From Eubacteriales bacterium (GTDB taxonomy: Bacteria > Bacillota > Clostridia > Oscillospirales > CAG-382): DNA of 64,000 nucleotides. The stretch spans positions 94,334-158,333 of the forward strand of contig JAQVPJ010000001.1 in the NCBI GenBank assembly GCA_028702135.1. The letters are read 5' to 3'. The position numbers and the translations under genes are program-made. Each line of letters opens with the position of its first letter. The first letter of the stretch is position 1. Shown here piece after piece: positions 1-9,306 of this stretch. The notes under the pieces were generated by a model. That model saw only the letters and a program-made list of their open reading frames with translations, searched no databases and was not told where the DNA came from.

Positions 1-332
1 TTTTGATCTCCGCCGCTCTTTATAATAATGCCGTAAAAACTCTCGTTTTTATCAAAACTGACGGAAATTCTATCGTTTGCTTCGGACAAGGCATTAGCGA
101 GCATATACATCAGTTTATTTGCTGGATCGGATTTTATGGCGTTTTCGTCTGCTCCTGATATTATTATTTTGAAATCCCGGTCAACCTTTTCTATTTCACT
201 CTTGACCGCATCGCTCAAATCGAATTTTTCCTCTGTATTTTCGTCATCTGTCTTAAAGAAAATCTGATATACTCCTACAAGAAGCAACGCTACCAAAAGC
301 ACCGTTCCGACAATAATTATTTGCTTCTTCAT
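1..332 (-). CDS. 5' part of a membrane-anchored hypothetical protein; the gene runs off the window start. It sits where DUF4340-type genes usually follow GldG-like genes
   Basis: Not in the ORF track because it is partial. The reverse-strand ATG at 332..330 overlaps the TAA of the upstream gene (TAATG). My translation MKKQIIIVGTVLLVALLLVGVYQIFFKTDDENTEEKFDLSDAV... shows one N-terminal TM helix and stays open to position 1. Confidence 0.5.
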   Translation of the reverse strand, partial: MKKQIIIVGTVLLVALLLVGVYQIFFKTDDENTEEKFDLSDAVKSEIEKVDRDFKIIISGADENAIKSDPANKLMYMLANALSEANDRISVSFDKNESFYGIIIKSGGDQ

Positions 333-1906
333 TATAAATGTCTCCTCTTAAAGAATACAACTAATCCTATAATAATTATCATTGTCGGTAAAATCGCGGA
401 AACCATCCAGGTAAGAGCGGTAGCTGTGCCAAGCTCTATATCCATAGCCTCGTCAACAAAGGTCTTGTACTCAAGGTCGGGAATAACCCTCTCGGTGCTC
501 ATTACCCTTGCGGCTCCCAACAGAACATTGTTGTTGCCGTATTTATTTACAAGATAAGTGTCAGATGCAAAATCTGTGGAGGATACCAGCATGACATATC
601 CGTAAAGCCCGACATTGTTTTCGCCGTAGTCAAAGACTGTCGAAACAAGCATCAGCGGTGTTTCTCCGGCGTCGTTTCTGATCTCGTTGCCTTCGCTGTC
701 CGTATAAACGATTTCGGCGGTGTCATTTGTTGAAATTACCGTTTCTATCGTAACATCCTGATCTGCTTCGTCGGCGTTGTAATAAAGCTCCACGGCGTTC
801 TTAAATACTGTTTTCGATCCCGTTCCGATAGAGGAAGCGGTTTTGTGAATGTTATAGCCTACCGTATTTTCGTTTATTTTTCCTGTTTCTTCGTCAATCT
901 TTGTAATATATTTTCCGACAACGGAGGAGCCGTCGTTTCCTATCGAATGCGAGGTATCTATAATTTGCCGTCCGGCATTATAGCCCAGCCCCCAACTGTT
1001 CAACAAATATTCCTCGAGCGTGGGGAGTTTGGGCGTAGAGCTGTTAACGAGCACAATCATACTGTTGTATCCGTTGCTCCTTCCAAGATATATTCCTATC
1101 TTTTCGGTCTCCGCCATTTCCTCTGCACCGATAATATTGCCCGCGGCAGAATTGTCGGAATCTTCACCGCCGCCTTCATACCTTGTGAAATCCTTGGAAG
1201 GATTGGACACTATCAGGATTCTCGTACGCGAATCGATCTCCTCATATGACAAATCCTTATACTGCAGTTCAAATCCGGCTTCGGTCAGTATATTTTGAAG
1301 CATCTTTGAATAGGTCTCTCCATGACCCTTTGTAAAAGTTATAACCTGGGGCTCAGCGATAGAGCACTGTAAAATAGCGCCTGTAAACTTAACCTCTCCG
1401 TTGAAGGCGTAAAAAGCATTTCCCGCCTCGTTGAGATAGAAAAAGGCGTCTAATGTCAATACTCTCGCGTGATATTTTCCCTTTATTATTACATTGCTGG
1501 GGTTGATGGCTGTAAGGGTTTCATCATAATATTCTTTTACAAACGAAGGATCTCTGACGATGTTCTTATATTCGACTCTTATCTTACCGGGATAAAGCTT
1601 TTCGTATTCCTCGGCAAGCTCACATACCATAAGAGTATATTTATCCGCCGCATAAAGATCCCTGTCAGAAAGAAAATATATGGTTATATCCAAATCGTCG
1701 CCTAAATTATCCACTACCGCCTTTGTCTCGTCGCTGATGGAATACAGCTTCTGCTGTGTCAGGTCCACCGTAAGGTTCACATTAGACGCAATTGCAGTCA
1801 GTATAAGGTTAAGCGCTATAATAACTGCGATAAAGGAAACGGTGAAAATCACGGAAAGAGAGCCGTACCTTACTTTTTTTGATTTTAGTATTTTACGTAC
1901 ATTCAT
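332..1906 (-). CDS. GldG-like auxiliary protein of an ABC-2 transporter, with N- and C-terminal TM anchors
   Basis: Track ORF 332..1942. I prefer the ATG at 1906 (MNVRKILKSKK...) because GGGAGG at 1913-1918 lies 6 nt upstream. The context is an ABC ATPase plus ABC-2 permease. The protein is large and extracytoplasmic between two TM segments. Confidence 0.65.
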   Translation of the reverse strand: MNVRKILKSKKVRYGSLSVIFTVSFIAVIIALNLILTAIASNVNLTVDLTQQKLYSISDETKAVVDNLGDDLDITIYFLSDRDLYAADKYTLMVCELAEEYEKLYPGKIRVEYKNIVRDPSFVKEYYDETLTAINPSNVIIKGKYHARVLTLDAFFYLNEAGNAFYAFNGEVKFTGAILQCSIAEPQVITFTKGHGETYSKMLQNILTEAGFELQYKDLSYEEIDSRTRILIVSNPSKDFTRYEGGGEDSDNSAAGNIIGAEEMAETEKIGIYLGRSNGYNSMIVLVNSSTPKLPTLEEYLLNSWGLGYNAGRQIIDTSHSIGNDGSSVVGKYITKIDEETGKINENTVGYNIHKTASSIGTGSKTVFKNAVELYYNADEADQDVTIETVISTNDTAEIVYTDSEGNEIRNDAGETPLMLVSTVFDYGENNVGLYGYVMLVSSTDFASDTYLVNKYGNNNVLLGAARVMSTERVIPDLEYKTFVDEAMDIELGTATALTWMVSAILPTMIIIIGLVVFFKRRHL

Positions 1907-1919
1907 TTTTTTCCTCCCG

Positions 1920-2627
1920 TTATGACCAGCGTCTTTTTTCATAAACCCTTACGGTAAGGAAGATAAATACCGCCGACAGGCTGATAAAATATACGATTGA
2001 AGTGATGTCGAAAAGCTCGTTGGTAAAAGGAGCGTATCTGTCCATAACCGAAAACCATTTTATAATAACGCGAACAAACTCAAATTTAATCTCATCCGCA
2101 ATAAATTTCAGGGAAATAAGTCCCATCGTCGCTCCGATCGAAGTAATTACAGCGATGAGCTGATTCTCTGTCAGAGATGAAAGAAAAATTCCAATCGCAA
2201 TAAAAGCGCTCCCTATAAGGAACAAGCCGAATATATTGGCAAGAATATTAACTGCATTCGGCTCACCGTATTGAAATAAAAGCACAAAGTTGAAGCTGTT
2301 TACGGCGAGTGTTGCCGTAAAAACGGTCAACGCGGCTAAATACTTGCCCATTACAATTCCGGTTAGCGAAACCGGGGCAGTAAGCAGAACCTGCTCCGTG
2401 CGGCCTCTTCTGTCTTCCGCAAAAAGCCTCATTGTAAGTATCGGAATTATAATCGCAAAAATCCCGATCATTATCATAAAGTAAAACGGCAAGCTGTTTG
2501 TGGATTGTGCAAGCAGCGTAGTAACCGAAAAACTGATACCTGATAAAGCAAGGAATATTCCGCAGAATATATAACCGATAGGTGTCAAAAAGTACGCTTT
2601 CAATTCTCTTTTGTATATGGCGAACAT
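1920..2627 (-). CDS. ABC-2 family transporter permease (GldF-like)
   Basis: 235 aa, about 6 TM helices, directly downstream of the ATPase with a 2-nt gap. Confidence 0.75.
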   Translation of the reverse strand: MFAIYKRELKAYFLTPIGYIFCGIFLALSGISFSVTTLLAQSTNSLPFYFMIMIGIFAIIIPILTMRLFAEDRRGRTEQVLLTAPVSLTGIVMGKYLAALTVFTATLAVNSFNFVLLFQYGEPNAVNILANIFGLFLIGSAFIAIGIFLSSLTENQLIAVITSIGATMGLISLKFIADEIKFEFVRVIIKWFSVMDRYAPFTNELFDITSIVYFISLSAVFIFLTVRVYEKRRWS

Positions 2628-2629
2628 AA

Positions 2630-3598
2630 TTATTTTGCACCTCTCTTTTTCTTTTCGGTTCCCTTTTTCTCCTTGTTGATAAGTCTTATAAAAATGTCCT
2701 CAAGGTTAAGTTCCATACCCTCAAGCCCGACAAGAGGCCATCCGTTTTTGGATAGGTTATAGAACAGGGTTTTTCTGATATCTATCTTATCCTCCGACTC
2801 TATCATATAACTGATACTGTCGGTATCGCGTCTGCCGAGAGATTCTACATATCTTATCCCGCTTGTGGATTTCAGCATTTTGAGAACATCCGCCTCAGGC
2901 CCGACTATCTTTGCCATCAGCTTTCTCGATCCGTCGACAGCCAGAATCAAATCTTCTGTTTTCTCATTGGCAACCAGCTTGCCCTGGTTTATGACCACTA
3001 TCCTGTCACACACTGCCTGAACCTCAGGGAGTATGTGTGTCGAAAGGATTACGGTATGCTCCTTGCCGAGCATTTTTATAAGGTTCCTGATCTCAATTAT
3101 CTGCCTCGGATCAAGTCCGATCGTAGGCTCGTCGAAAATAAGCACCTTTGGATTTCCTATCAGTGCCTGTGCAATGCCAACCCTTTGTCTGTACCCCTTT
3201 GAGAGATTCTTTATAATACGATTGTAAACATCGTCAATTTTTACAACCTCACAGATCTCCCTGAGATGCGGCTCTTTGGGGAACCTGCATTCCTTAAGGT
3301 CATAAATAAAGCCAAGAAATTCTTTGACCGTCATTTCCGGGTACAAGGGCGGTATTTCGGGCAAAAAGCCTATTCTTCTTTTAGCCTCTATCGGATTTTC
3401 CAGAATATCTATCCCATCGATTTTCGCAGTTCCTGTCGTCGCTGACAAATAACCCGTGATAATATTCATCGTGGTCGATTTGCCGGCTCCGTTAGGTCCT
3501 AAAAATCCTAAAATTTCACCCTCGATTACATTAAACGAAAGGTCCTCAACCGCTTTTTTATTGCCGAAACTCTTTGATACATTTAAAATCTCAATCAT
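2630..3598 (-). CDS. ABC transporter ATP-binding protein (GldA-like)
   Basis: Walker A GPNGAGKST, signature LSKGYRQR, Walker B LIFDEP. The start overlaps the aspS stop by 8 nt. Confidence 0.9.
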   Translation of the reverse strand: MIEILNVSKSFGNKKAVEDLSFNVIEGEILGFLGPNGAGKSTTMNIITGYLSATTGTAKIDGIDILENPIEAKRRIGFLPEIPPLYPEMTVKEFLGFIYDLKECRFPKEPHLREICEVVKIDDVYNRIIKNLSKGYRQRVGIAQALIGNPKVLIFDEPTIGLDPRQIIEIRNLIKMLGKEHTVILSTHILPEVQAVCDRIVVINQGKLVANEKTEDLILAVDGSRKLMAKIVGPEADVLKMLKSTSGIRYVESLGRRDTDSISYMIESEDKIDIRKTLFYNLSKNGWPLVGLEGMELNLEDIFIRLINKEKKGTEKKKRGAK

Positions 3599-5390
3599 TT
3601 GGCTGGTCTCCTTTTCGCTCTTGCTTTATACAGAGCCCGAGTTCATCAAGTGCTTTTTCCGAAACTTCAGCGGGGCAATTTGTCATCAGCTCCGAGGCGT
3701 TCTGGACCTTCGGAAACGCCACCACATCTCTTAGGCTGCCTGCACCGAGCATCTGCATTACAAGCCTGTCAAGACCGAGTCCCATTCCCGCATGGGGAGG
3801 CGGTCCAAAACGGAAGGCGTCGAGAAGGTAGCCGAACTTTGCCTTTGCTTCCTCCTCCGACAGTCCTAAAATCCTGAATATTCTTGCCTGAAGAACTTGG
3901 TCGATAATCCTTACTGAGCCACTTGAAAGCTCGGTTCCGTTTAAAACAAGGTCGTACGCCTTTGCGCGGACATTCCCCCTATCTGTTTCAAGATAAGGAA
4001 TACACTCCTCAAGCGGCGCTGTAAACGGATGATGCATCGCAACCCATTCACCGGTATCCTTGTCATACTCAAAAAATGGTATCTCAACGACCCATAAAAA
4101 GCTGTAGCCGCTCCTCTCTATCCCTATGCGGTTGGCCACCTCAACACGGAGCTGTCCGAGCTGTGAAAGGACGTTTGCTGTGTTTCCACCCGATATTATT
4201 AAGAGCACGTCGCCCTCTTTACAGTCTGCTGCCAGGAGCAACGCGTCCATTTCCTCCTGTGTCATGAATTTCGCAAATGAGCTTGAAACCTGTCCGGCTC
4301 TGCGAACCCATGCGAGCCCTTTTGCACCGCAGCTTCTTGCGTATTCGGTGAGTTTGTCTATTTCTTTTCTTGTCAGAATTTCCGCTTTACCCTTTACTGT
4401 AAAGCCCCTTACGCTTCCCCCGTCCGAAACAGCTTCCGTGAAAACCGAAAATCCGCACTTTTTCACTATTTCCGAAAAATCACATATCTCCATTGCAAAG
4501 CGAATGTCCGGCTTGTCCGAACCGAAGCGCTCCATAACCTCACGGTAGGTATATCTGGGAAATGGCAATTGAATATCTTCTCCAAGCGTTTCCCAGAACA
4601 AGCGCTTCATATAGCCCTCGGCAATATCAAGAACATCCTCCTGGTCTACAAAGCTCATCTCAAAGTCGATCTGGGTGAACTCCGGCTGTCTGTCGGCACG
4701 TAAATCCTCGTCCCTAAAGCAGCGCGCAATCTGAATATAACGGTCAAAGCCCGCCACCATAGAAAGCTGCTTATACAGCTGTGGCGACTGCGGCAGAGCA
4801 TAAAACTCACCCTTGTGAATCCTGCTTGGAACAAGATAATCCCTTGCACCCTCGGGTGTAGATTTTATTAAGATTGGTGTTTCTATTTCAATAAAACCGT
4901 TCTCGTTAAAATAATCCCTTGTCACCTTCGCCACCTTGTGCCTGAACAGCAGGTTCTTCTGTAAATCGGCGCGTCGCAAATCAAGGTAGCGGTATTTAAG
5001 CCTAAGCTCCTCATTCGCCTTTGAATTTTCAACAATATCGAACGGCGGCGTTTCGGCGGTAGCAAGCACCTTCAGGCTCTCGACAAAAATCTCTATATTT
5101 CCGGTGGGTATATTCGGGTTCTTGCTGGATCTCTCCCTGATAATTCCCTCAGCTGCAAGAACATACTCACTTCTGACAAAAAAGGCTTTTTCAAAAACGG
5201 ATCTGTCGCTCCACTCATCAAAAGCAAGTTGAATAATTCCCGTCCTGTCGCGGAGGTCGACAAAAATAAGACTTCCGAGATTTCTTTGTTTCTGAACCCA
5301 TCCCATTACACAGGCTCTTTTGCCGATCTCGTTTTCTTTTATCTCTCCGCAATAGTGCGTGCGACGCTCGTTTCCCAATAACTCTATCAT
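3591..5390 (-). CDS. aspS: aspartate--tRNA ligase, bacterial type
   Basis: 599 aa. Contains FRDEDLRADRQPEFTQID and GLGLDRLVM class II motifs and an N-terminal OB-fold region. Confidence 0.95.
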   Translation of the reverse strand: MIELLGNERRTHYCGEIKENEIGKRACVMGWVQKQRNLGSLIFVDLRDRTGIIQLAFDEWSDRSVFEKAFFVRSEYVLAAEGIIRERSSKNPNIPTGNIEIFVESLKVLATAETPPFDIVENSKANEELRLKYRYLDLRRADLQKNLLFRHKVAKVTRDYFNENGFIEIETPILIKSTPEGARDYLVPSRIHKGEFYALPQSPQLYKQLSMVAGFDRYIQIARCFRDEDLRADRQPEFTQIDFEMSFVDQEDVLDIAEGYMKRLFWETLGEDIQLPFPRYTYREVMERFGSDKPDIRFAMEICDFSEIVKKCGFSVFTEAVSDGGSVRGFTVKGKAEILTRKEIDKLTEYARSCGAKGLAWVRRAGQVSSSFAKFMTQEEMDALLLAADCKEGDVLLIISGGNTANVLSQLGQLRVEVANRIGIERSGYSFLWVVEIPFFEYDKDTGEWVAMHHPFTAPLEECIPYLETDRGNVRAKAYDLVLNGTELSSGSVRIIDQVLQARIFRILGLSEEEAKAKFGYLLDAFRFGPPPHAGMGLGLDRLVMQMLGAGSLRDVVAFPKVQNASELMTNCPAEVSEKALDELGLCIKQERKGDQPND

Positions 5391-5409
5391 ATATTACCTC
5401 TGTTTTTTG

Positions 5410-6672
5410 TCACCTTATGACATTATTCATTATATCGTTTATGCTTAAACCAACCTTTATTTTTTCGCCGGTCTTCATACACTGCAAAAAAGCCTCGTTG
5501 ATGTTGATCTCGTTTTCGCCTAAAACAAGCACATACCTTGCACCCGTTTTATCGGCGTATTTCATCTGCGCTTTCAGGGAGCGGTCGCATAAATCCATTT
5601 CTGTTGCTATCCCTCTTTCACGCAGACCGTCCGCTAAAACAAGAGCGGCATCACGTGCGACTTCGCCGAGCGGTGCGATGTAAATATCTGTCAAAGTGCC
5701 CGTTTCGGGTAGAAGATTCTCATCCTTTAAAGACTGCAGGAGCCTTGTCAGTCCCATACCGAATCCAACACCCGGCAGGTGTTGTCCTCCCAGCTCCTCA
5801 ATAAGACCGTCATATCTGCCGCCTCCGCAAACGGTGCTCTGCGCGCCGATGCTGTCATTAACGAACTCAAAAACCGTCTTTGAATAATAATCGAGCCCAC
5901 GGACGATGCTTGTATCTGTTTCGTAAACGATACCGCAACGGTCAAGATAACCCTTGAGTTTGTCAAAATGCGCTCTGCAGTCCCCACAGAGGAAATCCAT
6001 AGTTGCGGGTGCTTCCTTCGCAATATTATGACACGCCGGCGATTTACAATCAAGAATCCGCAGAGGGTTTGTCTCCAGGCGTCCCAAGCAGGTATCGCAA
6101 AGCTCCTTTTTTCGGCTTTCAAAGTGCTTTCTCAGTGCTGCTCTGAAAACGGGTCTGCATTCCGGACATCCGATGGAATTTATTTTAAGCTCTATGTTCC
6201 TTAGCCCGAGTCTTTTAAAAACACTGTTTGCGAGCAGAATAATGGTAGCGTCCGCCTCAGCCCCGCTGCTGCCGTACAGTTCCGCACCGAACTGCCAGAA
6301 CTCACGGCTTCTCCCCGCCTGAGGTCTCTCCCTGCGGAAAAAATTAGAGAGGTAATAGAGCTTAATCGGCATCGCACCCGCATAAAGCCCGTTTTCGAGA
6401 ACGCTTCTCGCAACGCAGGCGGTTCCCTCCGGGCGCAGCGTAAGACTGCTGCCGTCCTTATCTATGAAGGTATACATCTCTTTCTGTACTATATCTGTGC
6501 TTCCACCCACTCCACGGCAAAACAGATCTGTCGATTCAAATGTCGGAAAGCGTATCTGCGAAAAGCCGAAAAGCTCCGCCTGCTTTCTGATTATATCCTC
6601 CACATACAGCCATGCACCGCTTTCGTCGGGAAGAATATCAAGCGTTCCCTTTGGCTTCTGAAAATTTGGCAT
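5410..6672 (-). CDS. hisS: histidine--tRNA ligase
   Basis: 420 aa. Contains KGTLDILP, LTLRPEGT, FRRERPQAGRSREFWQFG and GGGRYDGL motifs. Confidence 0.95.
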   Translation of the reverse strand: MPNFQKPKGTLDILPDESGAWLYVEDIIRKQAELFGFSQIRFPTFESTDLFCRGVGGSTDIVQKEMYTFIDKDGSSLTLRPEGTACVARSVLENGLYAGAMPIKLYYLSNFFRRERPQAGRSREFWQFGAELYGSSGAEADATIILLANSVFKRLGLRNIELKINSIGCPECRPVFRAALRKHFESRKKELCDTCLGRLETNPLRILDCKSPACHNIAKEAPATMDFLCGDCRAHFDKLKGYLDRCGIVYETDTSIVRGLDYYSKTVFEFVNDSIGAQSTVCGGGRYDGLIEELGGQHLPGVGFGMGLTRLLQSLKDENLLPETGTLTDIYIAPLGEVARDAALVLADGLRERGIATEMDLCDRSLKAQMKYADKTGARYVLVLGENEININEAFLQCMKTGEKIKVGLSINDIMNNVIR

Positions 6673-7097
6673 TAGATTCTTTTCCTCTCTCTTTTGTCTC
6701 TGACAAGAGTTCTCCAGTCAAGATCTCCTCTGTCAAGCGCAAGTATAAGAGCCTCAGCGGTTGCGATATTGGTTGCAACCGGGACATTGAGCTTGTCACA
6801 AAGCTGTACCAACCCAAGTTCGGTGTCCACATATTCGGTGTCCGAGGAAGTGTCCCTTAGCAAAATCAGAATATCAACCTCGTCATAAGCGATTTTAGAG
6901 GCCATCTGCTGCGTTCCGCCGTGTGTCCCCGAAAGCAGCTTCTCAATATTAAGGCCGGTAGCTTCGCTGATATATTTGCCCGTTATTGCGGTCGCACAGA
7001 GCTTATGCCTGCTTAAAACACCGCAATAAGCCATGCAGAATTCAGTGATTAATTCCTTTTTCTTATCATTTGCAATTATCGCAATGTTCATATCCAA
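6672..7097 (-). CDS. methylglyoxal synthase-like protein with the catalytic residues replaced
   Basis: 141 aa. It aligns by eye to MgsA (IAxDKKK, ATxxTG, SGxxGGxQQ, PVATN). The E. coli H19, D71, H98 and D101 equivalents read N, T, Y and T. The stop overlaps the hisS ATG (TAATG). Confidence 0.7.
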   Translation of the reverse strand: MDMNIAIIANDKKKELITEFCMAYCGVLSRHKLCATAITGKYISEATGLNIEKLLSGTHGGTQQMASKIAYDEVDILILLRDTSSDTEYVDTELGLVQLCDKLNVPVATNIATAEALILALDRGDLDWRTLVRDKRERKRI

Positions 7098-7110
7098 ATC
7101 CTTCCTCGAC

Positions 7111-7905
7111 TTATTTTTTCAAATAGTGCTTCTTCCTTTTTGGTTTGTATACATCCTCAAACAAAGGCACTCTCTCGCCACATATTCTCTTTGCGATATT
7201 AAAAAAAGCTGCCTCGTATCTTTTTATTTTTTTATCGTATTGACCCGTAAATGCTAAGTATCCGGATTCCTGATCGCAGGGAAGACTGTCTTCAAACGGG
7301 ACTACTCCCAATAGACTTATCGCCGAGCGATTTATAATATCGAGTATTGACGGGAGCTTGTTTTTTTGCGCATATTCTGCGTGGTATCCGTTTACAACAA
7401 GCCTTAGATTCTTAAAGCCCATTTCCGTGAGTTTTAACGCTGTTTTCTCCGACGCTCTTATCGCTGTCGACTGATGCAGAGTTACCACTATCGCATCGTC
7501 TGCTGCTGCCGCAAAGGATAGATAATACGGCGATGGGTCGGCGGAGCTGTCAATAAGGCAATAATCGAACCTTTTCCTTAACTGTGCGAACAGCTCAATA
7601 AAGCGTCCGGTCGGAATCTCTTCTTTGTTGTAGTTAAGCGGTGCGGGCATAAAATACAGACCTTCTTCGCCCGTTATCGCACTTTCGGGCTCGCACCTTC
7701 CGAGAAGAACGTCAAAACAGTTGAACACGGTATCGTTTTCATAACCCAGAACAATATCCATACAACGCATTCCGAAATCCCCGTCAATAATAAGCACCCG
7801 CTTTTCCATCGCTTTCAGGGCAGAAGCGATATTAGCGGTCACCGTTGTCTTTCCAACGCCGCCTTTGAAGCCTGTTATAAATATTACTCTTCCGGAATTG
7901 CTCAA
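7111..7905 (-). CDS. MinD/ParA-family P-loop ATPase
   Basis: Deviant Walker A GFKGGVGKTT and the LIIDGD motif. Track ORF starts at TTG 7920. I prefer the TTG at 7905 because GGAGG at 7914-7918 lies 8 nt upstream. Confidence 0.8.
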   Translation of the reverse strand: MSNSGRVIFITGFKGGVGKTTVTANIASALKAMEKRVLIIDGDFGMRCMDIVLGYENDTVFNCFDVLLGRCEPESAITGEEGLYFMPAPLNYNKEEIPTGRFIELFAQLRKRFDYCLIDSSADPSPYYLSFAAAADDAIVVTLHQSTAIRASEKTALKLTEMGFKNLRLVVNGYHAEYAQKNKLPSILDIINRSAISLLGVVPFEDSLPCDQESGYLAFTGQYDKKIKRYEAAFFNIAKRICGERVPLFEDVYKPKRKKHYLKK

Positions 7906-7943
7906 GAGGCAGTCCTCCAAAGTACAATTATAGATACTAAATT

Positions 7944-7972
7944 ATAGTACCACTTTTTGAATAGGATGTCAA
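7944..7972 (-). promoter_or_regulatory. sigma-A-type promoter for the minD-like to ABC operon
   Basis: On the reverse strand: TTGACA (7972-7967), 17-nt spacer, TACTAT (7949-7944), preceded by TGg. Confidence 0.5.
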
Positions 7973-8112
7973 GAAAAAAAGCCTCTTATAAAACTCATGG
8001 AAAACCTGAATAAGTGCTTTTATACAGCGTTTTCAAGAAGGTTTTCGTACGCTGAAATATTGAGATGCATTCTAAGTTTAGTAAATTCATTCAATTTTTC
8101 AGAAAAAAGTAT

Positions 8113-8140
8113 TGCAAAGACACCTTTGCTGTGATATAAT
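8113..8140 (+). promoter_or_regulatory. sigma-A promoter of rplS, followed by an ~80-nt leader that may be an L19-type leader
   Basis: TTGCAA 8113-8118, 16-nt spacer, TGaTATAAT with the -10 at 8135-8140. Confidence 0.6.
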
Positions 8141-8221
8141 TAGATGTATTTTTATCGGAGCGGTCCTCTGTGGCTCGACACGAACGCTTCGTAAATCCAA
8201 AATCTAAGGAGGAAAAGCTTT

Positions 8222-8563
8222 ATGAACACGCTTGAAGCTTTTGTAAATGAGCAGATCAAAAAGGAGATTCCCTCTTTCAACGTGGGTGACACCGTAAAGG
8301 TTTACCAGCGCATAGTCGAGGGCTCCAGGGTAAGAACTCAGATTTTTGAGGGCGTCGTTATTTCTAAGAAAAATGGCGGAATTTCCGAGACCTTTACCGT
8401 AAGACGCGTGTCTTTCGGTGTCGGCACAGAGAAGACCTTCCCGCTCCATTCTCCCAACGTACAGAATGTTGAGGTTATCAGACACGGTAAGGTTCGCAGA
8501 GCGAAGCTGTACTACCTGCGTGACAAGATAGGCAAGTCTGCCAAGGTTAAAGAGAAAATCTAA
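8222..8563 (+). CDS. rplS: 50S ribosomal protein L19
   Basis: 113 aa. Contains [26 protein letters not shown]...HSP...RRAKLYYLR. Confidence 0.97.
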   Translation: MNTLEAFVNEQIKKEIPSFNVGDTVKVYQRIVEGSRVRTQIFEGVVISKKNGGISETFTVRRVSFGVGTEKTFPLHSPNVQNVEVIRHGKVRRAKLYYLRDKIGKSAKVKEKI

Positions 8564-8578
8564 GTCTTTGCAACAAAC

Positions 8579-8606
8579 AAGTGTCTGTTATGCAGACACT
8601 TTTGTT
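8579..8606 (+). terminator. rho-independent terminator after rplS
   Basis: AAGTGTCTG-ttatg-CAGACACTT followed by TTTGTT. Confidence 0.7.
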
Positions 8607-8643
8607 CTAAAATGAACCGAAAAAGGAACAGTGACTGTTTTAT

Positions 8644-9288
8644 ATGCCAGAGATCAACCCTAATCCAAATAACGAAAATAAAGAGACTACCGTCGAAATA
8701 TTAACGACACAGGAAGATGCTTTGGAAAACGAAGCCGGAGAAACCTCAGCACTTAAGCCCCGGAGCTTTCTAAAGGAGCTTTACGAATATGTTGAGACCT
8801 TTTGTTATGCTCTTGTGCTGATGATTCTGTTGTTTATGTTTATTTTCCGCTATGTTTCCGTTGACGGGGAATCTATGAGGGATACCCTTCAGGATAATGA
8901 CAAGCTCGTTATTTCCAATCTCGCCTATACACCGCAAACCGGTGATATAGTAGTCCTTAAGCACTCTCCCAAGCCGCTTATTAAGCGGGTTATCGCAACC
9001 GGCGGTCAGACCGTGAAAATTAATTACGAGAACTGGGAGATTTTTGTCGACGACGTACTGCTCGACGAGCCTTATGTGTTGCGTACCAGTGAGATTATGG
9101 ACAGCGTCGGCGGAAAACTTTACGAGGAGTTTGTAGTTAAAGAAGGCGAGGTCTATGTTATGGGAGACAACCGGAACAACTCGTTGGACAGCCGTGCCTT
9201 CGGCTCTTTCTCCGCGGAGGATATTCTCGGCAGGGTCATTTTCCGGGTTTTCCCCCTCTCTCAATTCGGAAACGTGGATAATCAGTAA
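8644..9288 (+). CDS. lepB: signal peptidase I
   Basis: Contains GESMRDTL (catalytic Ser box), IKRVIATGG and GDNRNNSLDSR. Confidence 0.9.
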   Translation: MPEINPNPNNENKETTVEILTTQEDALENEAGETSALKPRSFLKELYEYVETFCYALVLMILLFMFIFRYVSVDGESMRDTLQDNDKLVISNLAYTPQTGDIVVLKHSPKPLIKRVIATGGQTVKINYENWEIFVDDVLLDEPYVLRTSEIMDSVGGKLYEEFVVKEGEVYVMGDNRNNSLDSRAFGSFSAEDILGRVIFRVFPLSQFGNVDNQ

Positions 9289-9306
9289 ACGGATATAAAA
9301 GAAAAG

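Noticed and set aside
7921-8112. Possible T-box or other leader upstream of the hisS-aspS-containing operon, and likewise upstream of valS (36008-36016) and proS (56398-56540)
   Set aside because: The promoter-to-RBS distance at 7905-7972 is about 30 nt. valS starts 9 nt after the preceding gene. The proS 5' region is under 100 nt and lacks AGAGA, GGUGNRA and T-box motifs.
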